Positions 1 to 10,422 of a stretch of 64,000 nt of DNA are shown piece by piece (position 1 is the first letter of the stretch; every line of letters starts with the position of its first letter). The stretch lies in NCBI GenBank assembly GCA_013239625.1, contig MU054117.1, forward strand, positions 3,772,677 through 3,836,676, written 5' to 3'. Under the pieces are notes generated by a model. That model was given only the letters and a program-made list of their open reading frames with translations. It made no database searches and was not told the DNA's origin. Source of the stretch: Lama guanicoe (lineage: Eukaryota). The position numbers and the translations under genes were made by a program.

Positions 1-524
1 GTGTCTCTGTCAAGTCCCACTACCTGTGCAGGGAGTGACAGGGATACTCCGTGCCCTTCACCAGCCGTGGGGGGGGGGCGTCGGACCCCCAACAGCTGAG
101 TCAGTGGCAAAATGTATTCGCCCAGCGCTTTGCACGTAGCAGAGTGGCTGGGCGACTGGCCTGACGCTGCACGCTGCTGAGCTCAGCCATCTCCCTCAGG
201 GGTCCCTCTGCTCCTGGCTGCCCCCTCGGCGCCCAGGAGCCAGAGGTGGGGTGACGTCTAGAGCCGTGCACCTGTGCGGAGGACCCAGTCTGGGTTTCCT
301 TCTCATACCACTCTTTCCCTCAGGTGCTGGGGGGTCTGGACCGCCCCTGTGCCGAGCGGTGGACATCAGCCTGGAATCATGGTCTCCCCGCTGGCCGTGG
401 GCTCCCGTCACCTGTGCTCTGCCCTGTGCGACTCTGCTCGTTCCCCCCGCCCCGTGCTGGACAGGACCGCACTCCAGCGGCCACAGGCCCTGGGGCAGGG
501 GGTTCGGTGGGGACTGTGATGACA

Positions 525-700
525 CGTCCCACTACTGACGTTAACCCAGATCACTGTCTTACCGTGATGCTTGCCAAATTTCTTCTCTCTCAACTTACTG
601 TTTTTCCTTTGTAATTGGTCAATTTTACTTTGAGGTCATGCAAATATCATTTTTTTTCTTTTTAAAAACTTGCCCACTTATCTCAGCATGCCTCATAGAT
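525..700 (-). mobile_element. Ancient L1 (L1MC/L1ME-like) 3' fragment
   Basis: 'gacgttaacccagatcactg...acttactgtttttcctttgtaatt...actttgaggtcatgcaaatatc' resembles the antisense old-L1 3' UTR; recalled consensus. Confidence 0.55.
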
Positions 701-2279
701 CACCTTTTATGTTAAGGTGAATTAAATGAATTCCTGAAGGAAAATGCAGACATGCAGAGAGCTGGGTTTCTGGAGCCCCATAGTCCTCTGTCCGTCTGTC
801 CTTCTCCATCACGCAGGTCGGCATTTTCCCTCTAGGTCTGCTCCGCGCCTCTCCGCACGGCTGTCTCTGCTCTCCAGGCTGCGTGGCGGCTGGCGTGGCT
901 GCCCTCAGCTCAGCTCATCAATTCAAGAGAGGGTCCGAGGGAGGGGGCCCTCCACATGCCAAGCCCATGCTCCTGGGGAAGGGACTCTGACTGGTCCAGT
1001 CTGGGTCAGGAATCATGCCCTGATCTGTCAGTTTGGACCCAAGATGTGAGACCAAGCGGCTCACGTATGTCTACCTGGAACCCACCCAGTATCGGGATGA
1101 GGTGCAAACCTATGGTGCGATGCGCAGCCCGCCAGCGGGAACCCGGCCCACTCGGCAAGGCTGCCCGCGGTCGGAGCCAGGACACGGGCCTGTGAACCCC
1201 CCGCAGCACGAGCCTCCCTTCAGCCCTCGACCGTGCCCGTCTAAGAGAGCTTGGCCTGTCGTCTTGATCAGTCTCAAGCCAGAGCGGTATCGCACCCCAG
1301 TTCTTGGAAACAAATATGAAATTACACTTGGGAAGGTGGGGGAGTAAACACTTGAAGGTCCCTGATAATCCCCTAACGTTCTCTCCAGTGGATCTGCGGA
1401 GCTGTGACCCATCCAGCTGCGCTTCCCTGATTCTCTAGCGACATGGAACTAAAACCCAAAAGCTAATCTCTTAATGGGATTGACCCCAAAATGCAGCAGA
1501 TTTTCAGAAATGGCTGGGAAACCTTTTCTGAAAGGAGAGACGCCCGGATCGCATTCTTCAAGGGAGGGAAGCGAAGCGTACCTCCCGGTCCCACGGGGCG
1601 AGGAGGGCGGGGGTGGGTATGTGTCGGGGAAAAGCAACGCCGCGCCGCGTTTCCTGGATTTCCCGACTCATACTTTCCCCCTGATGTCAGGAGCGCAGCA
1701 TCCTTCTGTCCTTTGGCAGCTTGGGTATGGCACCGAGAAATCCAGGATGAATGGGAGGCTCTGTGAGCAGAGCCCGGAACAGCTGGACATTGCTGGACAG
1801 GACTGCAGGGGCTGGTCAAACAGCGACGTCTGGCTCGCTCCCCCAGAGGCTTAAAAGTGGCGGTAAGGCCACTAAGACAATCCAGTCGGCTGCGGCCTGG
1901 CTGAGGCTCCCAGGACCCCGAACACTGGGCTGCGGAGATTGGGTTTCTTTTCCGTGGGAGTGAAAGAGGGAGGCTGGCGGGAGAGCCAGCTGTGTCCCTG
2001 AGCCTTTCTGGGCTGCAGTCCTGGGTCCTTGTGACCTGTGAGGGACGGCTTCCCCAAAACTGAGATTGCCTGGAAGAGTCTGGAAGACGTGGCCCATTGG
2101 TAATTTGGGGGCACACCCATGACCCCCAACCAGAAACTCAAGAAACTTATCCTCATGAGAATTTCCAAACCCACAGATATTTTTTCAGCAGCAAGTGGGT
2201 CAAAGGGCTTTTACCCAGAGGCTAGAAGGCGTGGCTGGAGCCTGCTTTATGCCAGGCAAGAGCCCAGTGGTCCCGGGCC

Positions 2280-2370
2280 AGTGACTCAGTCTCTTCTGAA
2301 ACTCAGTTTGCTCATCTGTAAAATGAGGGCAGTAACACCCACTTCCCAGGGTTGTTATAAACATCACACG
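2280..2370 (+). mobile_element. MIR SINE core fragment
   Basis: 'ctcagtttgctcatctgtaaaatgagggcagtaacacccacttcccagggttgtt' matches the MIR core. Confidence 0.85.
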
Positions 2371-3289
2371 AAGTCATGGATGTGGAGACGCTGGCTAGAG
2401 AGACGGGAGCCCTTTTGGTGGCAGATGAGATTAGCTTGGGAGGCGACCACGTGTGTGGTGTCCACAGGGATGTGGGGACCAGAAACCTACGGGATACTGG
2501 GTGCCTCTGCCTTGGCCTCTGGTCTCAGACTTTAAAGAACCATTCAGTCCTTTTTCCATAAGAAGAATAATAGGCAAATGGACGTGATGTCGTCCATGTC
2601 TTCAACTCGACTCACTCCATCTCCACTCCGAGGGACCACCAAGTGGAACAGAAGCCGAACAGAAGGGCACAGAAGAAAGGTCCACGTGAGATTTGCAGAC
2701 TGAATGGTTGGATTTGACCAAAGTCCAGGAACAGGACCAGAGCTAGCCAGAAACTTAATTTAGAGCAGGACGTGTTCTCTGGCTCTCCTGAGGAAGTGAT
2801 CTTTGGTTCCAGAACATTCTGCAAATACCCTGCGCTATGACAGTTGAAGAGACCAGTAACTAAACCAGTTATTTTCCAGTAACTCCCCTGGGGTCCCCTC
2901 TGTGGTCCTAGTTGCCTCCATCCATCGGGGAGCTTCTGCAGAAGTCAGAGTAAGTCTCCCTGCACTGAAGTGTGTGGCAGGCGTGAGCGGGGTCGGGCTG
3001 GGGGCCGTCAGGGCGAGGAGGCCAGAGCCCCGGTCTGCAGACGGCCCAGAACACAGGCACTGGGAGGGGAGGGCGCAGTCACAAGGGCTTCTTTGATGAG
3101 AAAACATGGCAGGAGGAATGAATCCCCTTTTTTTTAGCTCCCTCCATTCAGGGCATTTTTGTCAGCAGGACCATGAGTCAGAAAGAAAGGGTCTTTTCTA
3201 ACCTAAAAATAACTCCAAGGGGACTGAGCAATCAGGGCAGGGTGTGCGGCTTGACCTTTCCTATTTCTGAACGCATGTGGGGTGTGGGG

Positions 3290-3545
3290 GTGTTGTGGGG
3301 GCGGAGGGAGTGGGGTGGGAGCGCAGGGGAGCTTCGCGTCTCCGGCCCTGATTCCGAGAAGCGGCGCTGACGGCGTGAGCGTGAGCGCTTGGCAGCGTGG
3401 GCTGGCCGGGCTGCTCCGTCTGAAAGCCGCGGCCCAGTCCCGGCGGTCTCTGATTGGCTAAGGACCCCGCGTCCTGTGCCCCCGATCTGCTCTGCCGTTC
3501 ACTTCGGTCCCCATGAAGCAGGTCTGGTTTCTCGGCCGTGAGGGT
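3290..3545. promoter_or_regulatory. Small CpG-rich promoter-like patch (GC box + CCAAT box)
   Basis: GGGGCGGAG near 3297, NF-Y-type CTGATTGGCTA at 3450-3460, locally high CpG density. Confidence 0.4.
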
Positions 3546-4255
3546 GTGGCTGTCACCTTCACTCACTGTGCCCAGGGGTGCTGCCAAATTTTGACTGGTA
3601 TCCATAACTGGCTTTGGGTTCACTGAGGACACATACCGTCCTGGTGATGCCCACCCACACTGCGACACGGCACAGGTGGGAGTGTAGCAGGGGGACAAAC
3701 TGCCACCAGAACATGGGAGAATCCAGCTGTGGGGGTCTGAGACCATCAGACCTGGTCCTGCAAAGTCACCACGAGTTGAGTGCAGTAACTGCGGGTGCAA
3801 CCTAGTCCCCCTGGCCCATAGCCCCAAAATCCAGCATCTGACCTGCCCCGAGGACAAAAGCGGTGGAAACCCACAGTTGAACAACCCGGCAGGTGAGTGC
3901 AGCACATCCTCAGGTCACGCCCTCTTTGCCACCCTGTCTCCCACCAGCCGGTCAGGAGGCAGATTTGGTCCGTGACCCCTGCAGAGGGTAGCGTCACACA
4001 GAGACTCAGAAGCCTCCAGAAATCAAGGGAAGATTGAGAAGTAGGAAGAGTGAGAAGAATCTTATCCCAGTTTCGCTTCCGCTCATGGAGATGCTCCTAC
4101 GCCCCGTCCCCTCCTCCTCCTGCTCCTCCCGGTAAATCCAACGTCCTGGAGGTGCCGGCCCATCCACCCTCCCCAGGGAAACTTCCCCAAAAGCTGCACC
4201 CACACTCCTCTCTCCCTCCCCTCAACCTGACACACGTGCACACTGCGCTGTGCCC

Positions 4256-4520
4256 TATTTTTTTTCACTTTCACTCTTTCTTTCTTTCTCTTTCTTTCTT
4301 TCTTTTTTACTGAAGTATAGTCAGTTGACAATGTGTCAGAGTCTGGTGTGCAGCACAACAGTTCAGTCATACACATGCACACATACATCGTTTTCAGATT
4401 CTTTCTCATTACAGGTCACTACAAGGTATTGAATACAGTTCCCTGTGCTCTGCAGTAGCCACTTGTTTATCTATTTTATATAGAATAGAGTGTATCTGCA
4501 CATCTGCAGTGTTAACCCTT
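4256..4520 (-). mobile_element. Camelid/artiodactyl L1 3' end with T/CT-rich tail
   Basis: 'ttttttactgaagtatagtcagttgacaatgtgtc...gaatacagttccctgtgct' is an antisense L1 3' UTR; same terminal motif as the copy at 63.3-63.4 kb. Confidence 0.85.
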
Positions 4521-6089
4521 GTTGGTAGACTGATCTGGTGTCTGCCATGCTTTTGCGAGTGGGGTGACTTGTTACCCCAACAAAGCTGGGGCGCAGCGAA
4601 CGAGAGTGAGGGCGTGAGACCTGGTCCACGTCCCAGGCAAATAGCTCGCCGGCTCGAAGGTACAGCTTTCTTGTCTGAGAAATGGGGTCAGTCTTACTCA
4701 CTCAGGATTTCCGTGAAGAGCAAAGGCGATGTAAAGGACTTAGAATAAGAGCAGGTGGAGAATAACTGCTAAAAGCAGAGTCTGTTGGTGTAAAGATGAT
4801 GTGATTTGTGTGGATTCAAGCTCCCCTGAGACAGCGTTAGTCCCCACACCCACAGCGTGACTGCCGGCCCCCAGTAAGGGTGATGTTAAAACATCACGTG
4901 AGCTTCGTGCAGGAGCTGGTGCAGCGGTGGATGTGATGCTGCGAGGCGGCCTTCCCCTCACGGCACTGAACGAAGGGTGGGAACTCGAGGTGACTGCTTG
5001 GCCAGGTGTCTTGGGAAATGGTCCACGAGTCAGAACACGAGCTCCCAGGGGCCCGGGGACCAGGGGCCTCACGACCTTCCAGGGGCCTCTTCCAGCCTCA
5101 CACTTGATAATGCTGCATCTGACGAGGACAGGCAAGGACCAGAGATGCTCTGCAGTGAGGTGGCGCCAGGAACCCTGCCCGGGAGGGTCTGTCAGAGCCT
5201 GTGATGAAGTAATCGGGGCACAGCTGCGTCTGTCTCTGGAAACAGATGAACTCAGTCAGCGCCCTCATGGGCCGTCAGCGCGGGAGGGGGGCCACCTGCG
5301 AGGCCAGCGCTCGGGGCAGCAGAGGAAACCAGCTCCTCACATCACACACGGGGACCCCAGTGCCCAGAGAGGGCGAGGGAACTTTCACTTTTGGGGCGCA
5401 GCAGGGCTCCAACTGGGGACAGCAGTGGCTGAACCCCATCCTGCTGCTGCTCTGGGGTGAGAATGGGTCTGGACAGGTCGTCACAACCCCTCGAGCCCTC
5501 CAGGTTCTGATGGAGAGACCCCAGGGTCCGGGGCTTCCCGGCGCCTCTGCAAAGTTCCCCCGGTGCCTTGCCTCCCTGCAGAGGAGGCTGGCCCTGAACG
5601 CAGGTGGCATGGCGGGCACGGAGTCTCACGGCGGGACCGGCTGGTTTGTGCTGTGACTGAGGCTGCTGGCTGTTCCCGAGGTTTTGTTGTTTCTCTGTTG
5701 ACTGGAGAGAATAATTTGGAGCCCGTTGGACCTGAGATTTTTTTTTAAATACCGAATCCCCTAGTTTCTAAAAAGAATCCTTCAGTTCCTAATAGGAAGT
5801 TTAAGAATGTTCATTTAGGGAATCCCTTCCACGTGAGGATGCTCCAATCGACGTCCCCCCGCTCCCAAGAACGCACACGGAGACGGAGCAGTCAGACCCG
5901 CCCCACGGCCCCGCCTGCGGGCGGCAGGCGCCGGGTGGGAGCCTACGGCATCCTGGCTGCATACAAGCGTAGAGGGAGGGCTGGAGGGAGGGGCTAGACC
6001 TCTCTCCCTCGGGGTCTGGAGGGCGCTTTATAAATGCTGAGAGCTGGGCCCCCAGGCCAGGCGAGGCACTGTGGCTTCCCATACTCTTC

Positions 6090-6220
6090 TGGCGAATCGC
6101 TTAATCTCACTGAGCCTCAGTTTCATCTGCAAACCGAGGACAGTAATTGCTCCCTTACTGGGAGGCAGTGAGGGCTCGATAAGAAAAGGCACTTTGTAAA
6201 CTGTCAAGTGCGGTGACACC
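6090..6220 (+). mobile_element. MIR SINE fragment
   Basis: 'cgcttaatctcactgagcctcagtttcatctgcaaa...gcactttgtaaactgtcaagtgc'. Confidence 0.8.
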
Positions 6221-7019
6221 GTGAGCTGTTACCACCCCCAGTTGAAGACGACTGTTCATGCAGAGAGAACCATTTAAGCTGACAGTCGTGATGGACTGGT
6301 TTTTCCCAGAGTCACTCAGACAGTTTCAGTCCTTCCCGGAAACACCCTCAGGCTGCAGCTGCATCTGAGTGTCCAGGCAGCACCCAGCTGCCTACTGCAC
6401 ACTCCATCCTCAGGGTCGGCTCCGCAGGATTCCTGGCTGCACCTGCAGTGCCGATCCCCACAAGGGGGAGATGGTGGGGCACTCCATCTGAGGAGCACTG
6501 CCTGCCTGGCCCCCTCCGCTCCGACTGCCTGTTCTCCTGGTGCGCCCACCGCAGAGCTTTGGAAGATTCCGATGGGGACAGACAGCCAGAAGCTGGATGC
6601 GCCCTTCCCTGCCTTTCCTTCCTCCATCCTATTCCGCACGCCCCTCCCCTTACTGCCTTGGACGTTAAATCAATATGGCGCCTCTCCGGGGTCCCCACGC
6701 TGCCACTGCAATTTGCTGTGGTTCTGTGGGTGAATTTTCTTCTCCCTTCTAATGGGAAACAGAATCGTTTCCATGATAGGAGCCGACTGGTCCGGAGAGG
6801 CCTCCACACAAAGAACACTATGAAGAAAGGAGACAGCTGGCTGAAAAGACAGAAGGGACTTGGGGAATTGAAATTCCTTGTGATATTGGACTTAAACGTG
6901 GAAAATTTGCGGCTCTGCATTGCTCAAATGCCTCTGAATTAGACCAGAAGGAGTATCAGTTAGTTTGTTAACTCTGGCTAGGAATTTGTGGCTCAGATCT
7001 TGACAGGATTTTTTTTTTC

Positions 7020-7690
7020 CTGACTTGGAGAGACGCCCACCATGCTGGACCTGGGTCCACACTCATCTCTGCCCTTCTCGTCTGGGCTGACCCCTGGGAG
7101 TCCCCGGCTGGCCGTCCCGCTGCCTTCAGGAAGGATGGCATTCCGACCGACACAGGCGAAAGACTGTGAGGCAAGCGGACGGCCGTGTCCCAGGTCCCGG
7201 TTAGTCCCTGGGATGCACCCCACCAAGCGTGGGTCCTGGCTTTGTGCAGGAAAGCATTCAACGGCGAGCCCCGGTTGAGTAAAGGTAGATTTATTCAGAG
7301 AGACTCGCACTTCATAGACAGAGCGCGGGCCGTCTGACTTGGAAGGGACAGCGGCTGCGAGGTGTGGGGGCTCAGTAACTTCACGTGCTGGTAAATGGGA
7401 GGGTTATTCCAACTACTTTGGGGAAGGGGCTGGGGTTCCCAGGAACCGGACCACTACTCACTTTTTGATCTTTTATGGTCAGCCTTGGAGCCATCTGGCG
7501 CCTTGGGGGTGCCGTTTACCGGGCTAATATAGCACAATGAACGAAGAATGAAGCTCAGGGTCTCCTGGAGGTCACATCTCCCGCCGTTCTGGGCCTCGAG
7601 GCCCACGGGGGCTGGGCCTCCCGCCGTCTTGCTGCTAACGGCTGTGCCGTTCCTTGAAGGCTGTGCCCCGCCCGCTTCCCTTCTGCCTCA
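7020..7690 (-). mobile_element. ERV1 LTR (~7220-7690) plus probable 5' leader remnant
   Basis: 'gggtcctggctttgtgcaggaaagcattcaac...gtaaaggtagatttattcag' is typical antisense ERV1 LTR (AATAAA on minus). The right end 'ctgcctca' gives a TG start on minus. Adjacent 7020-7220 resembles a gammaretroviral leader. Confidence 0.7.
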
Positions 7691-7862
7691 AAACCACCCG
7701 GGAGGGAGACGCCACCAGTTACTTCCCCCCGTTTCTTCCGGTGAAAGGACAGGGACGCCCCCGTGAGGCAGTGGGGTGTATCCATGGGAGCACAGGGCCA
7801 AGAGAGGTCCCATCCGTGTCGCTCACACTCCAGCGGCCCAGAAGTGATCAATAAAGGGAACC

Positions 7863-8276
7863 TGTTGAAATGGAGTCGGGACCCGGGAGGGGAGCGCTCA
7901 CCCAGAACCACCGGATGTCAGTGATGGACCCCAACAGAAGAACCACCCGCAGGAAAGAGTCATCCATCCCAGGCCCCAACAGGACAAGATGGCGCTGTGG
8001 TTCCCACACGGAGTCAGCCACGACCCCACAGCTCAGCCGAGGGGAAGCCGCTACCACCCCGAACGCTCACTTTTCTCCAGTGGACTTTCATTCAGTTAAA
8101 ACAGTCCTTCCCACAGGCTTCCTTTTTTCTCTACAGAATAATGTTTCTCTCCTTTGTTTGCTGGACTTGCCTGTGGCTTTTGCCGTGGCTTCCTTGCCCT
8201 GAATTGCAAGTCTCTGCTATTCCTAAATAAATTCATTCTTGCTGATGAAAGAACTGTTTCACTTTTAAGGTCAATA
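7863..8276 (+). mobile_element. ERV1 solo LTR (MER34/MER39-group-like)
   Basis: Starts 'tgttgaaatggagtcggga'; ends 'ggacttgcctgtgg...gaattgcaagtctctgctattcctaAATAAAttcatt...aaggtcaata'. Confidence 0.75.
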
Positions 8277-8584
8277 GGCTAAAGCTAGGCTCTTTAGGCA
8301 TAAGGTTTGAGTCACATCCAGGCCTGAACATCTCTGGGGGGGGTGACACATTGACTTATCAGGCATCAGTGTCCACGGCCCTCGTCTGAGGCAACACCAT
8401 TTCCTGGGAGGCACTGAGGTACTTGGGAAATTTGCAGACCAGGGTTTTTTTGTTTGTTTTTTTTCCTTTTAGTACAGTTATACCTGAGCACTGAGCACTT
8501 GAAATACCTACATCTTTATGCAATTTGTTCCGTGTGCTGTTTGTATAAGGAGCGAGCAGATGGGCTTATTTGTTATAAAAAGCA

Positions 8585-9280
8585 AATGCTGGACCATCAC
8601 ACAGCCATTAGGATGGTTACTAGCAAAAAGGAAGGAAGGAAAGAAAGAAAGAAACGAAAAAAGTTTTGGCGAGGACAAGGAGAAATTGGGACTCTGGGAC
8701 AATGTTCGTGGGAATGCAAAAAGTGTGGCTACAGTGGAAAACCATATAGTAGTTTCCAAATAAATTTGAAATAGAATTACCATATGATCTAGCAATTCCA
8801 CTTGGGGTATATATCCAAACGAATTGAAGGCAGAGTCTTGAAAAGATATTTGTACACCCAAGTTCATAGCAGCATTATTCAGAAGAGCTAAAAGATGGAA
8901 GCCATCCAAGCACTCATCAGCTGACGAATGGATAAGAAAAAAGTGGTCCATCCATACAATGGAACGTTATTCAGTCTTAAAAAGGAAGGAAATGCTGGCA
9001 TCTGCTACAATGTAGGTGATCCTTGAGGACATTCTGCTAAGTGAAACAGCCAGTCTCAAAAAGACAAACACTGTCTGATCCCACTTATGCGAGTCTCCTG
9101 GAGGAGTCAAGTTCACAGAGACAGAAGGTGGAGGGGTGCCTGCCGGGCGCTGGGGGTCGGGGGAGGAGGGGCTGTTTCAGTTTTGCAAGATGGAAAGAGT
9201 TCTGGAGATGGATTGCCCAGTGTGAACTGAATGTATGTGACAGGACTGACCTCTAAGATGGTTCAGAGTTTAACAAAAAG
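8585..9280 (+). mobile_element. L1MB-type LINE-1 3' fragment (ORF2 end + 3' UTR)
   Basis: 'gaattaccatatgatctagcaattccactt', 'ttcatagcagcattattc', 'ccttgaggacattctgctaagtgaaacagccagtc', 'gagttctggagatgga'. Confidence 0.92.
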
Positions 9281-9789
9281 AAAGCCGTGCAGGCTCCGGT
9301 GGAGATGTGCAGCACAGACGTACTGCTTAGTGGAGTCGGTTTAGGACGTGTTCCCTGGAGTAACAGGTAGAAAGGCAGGAGGGTCCCGGGCGGTGAGGAC
9401 AGCCAGACAGCAGGTGCTCCCTGTCAGTTTCGCTAGTTTCACTGCCCGGGCTGTGACACTCCCTTCCTTGAGAGGGGCTAAAGGCGACTGTATTTCCATG
9501 TGGGTTGTGGGCGTACGGTCCTAGAGACAAGGGTGTGAGAGAGATGAAGGCTGGAGGGAAGAGCCTTGTGTTAGGGATCTTAAGATTATTGAGCATTTCA
9601 AGAGCCTGGATCTTATTTTTCTGGCTTGAGCCAGTAGAGGACACGTATTGAGTTTCAGGTCCCTCTGTACCTCTTTTAGCCCTTTTATTCTCTACAACTC
9701 AGGCGTTTGGATAGGCAGCTTGGCACTCAGTTCAAGCATACAGTACTTGTCCCAAAGGACTTTACAGTCTAGAAGCACCATCTGCAATA

Positions 9790-10130
9790 TTTTAGCCTGG
9801 ATTTCCTAGAGAGAAGAGTCTGAATCAAAAGTAAATCAAGCTAATTTACTTGGAGATCATGAATGAGAGAAAGGGTTGTGAGACAGGGATGGACAGAAGC
9901 GTAAGGATGGATGGCGCTTTGTCACGTTGGCCGCTGCTCCACACTCAGGACAGTCCATCCAGAACGGGAAGCAAAGAAATGTACTGACCAGCTCCTCTGT
10001 CCTGTTGGTCAAAGGTTTGCCCAAGGTACATCAGCTCCCTTGGACTTTCAGGTTGACTTTGTGGGTAGCAAGTTCCAAGTGTTTCGTGTGCCACCCGACA
10101 ATGGGACATCCCTGGGTAGGAACAGGGGTG
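9790..10130 (-). mobile_element. Degenerate ERVL LTR (LTR16-like)
   Basis: Resembles the LTR16 antisense layout ('ttttagcctggatttcctagagagaagagtctga...gtgagacaggga...ccagctcctctgtcctgttggtcaaagg'). Confidence 0.5.
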
Positions 10131-10230
10131 TGAGATAAGGGCTTTTGGGTTGTGTCTGCAAGGAATCAGTCGCATTTTCCCAAGAACAAGCAGACAAGAG
10201 CTAGAGAGACAGGTGAGACTGGGAGGGTCT

Positions 10231-10422
10231 TGTGACTGAATAACAGTGCCTGCCGTATCAGCAAACAAAGGAAGCGACAGCCATCAAGCCCTCACAGCAG
10301 CTGCCTCCAAGGGTGAGCACTGAGGGAACTCAGGATGGAGACAGGACGTCTGACATCCAGCCCTCAGCCACGGCAGCCACCCCGGGCACAGGCTGCTGGC
10401 CCTAGATAGCTGAGGTCCGTCA
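10231..10422 (+). mobile_element. Laurasiatherian ERV1 LTR 5' fragment
   Basis: 'aacagtgcctgccgtatcagcaaacaaagga...gccatcaagcc...tgagggaactcaggatggaga...ctggccctagatag' matches a recalled LTR U3; 3' half absent. Confidence 0.65.

Noticed and set aside
8508..8951. 147-aa minus ORF (similarly 16663-17121)
   Set aside because: Antisense read-through of L1 3' sequence.
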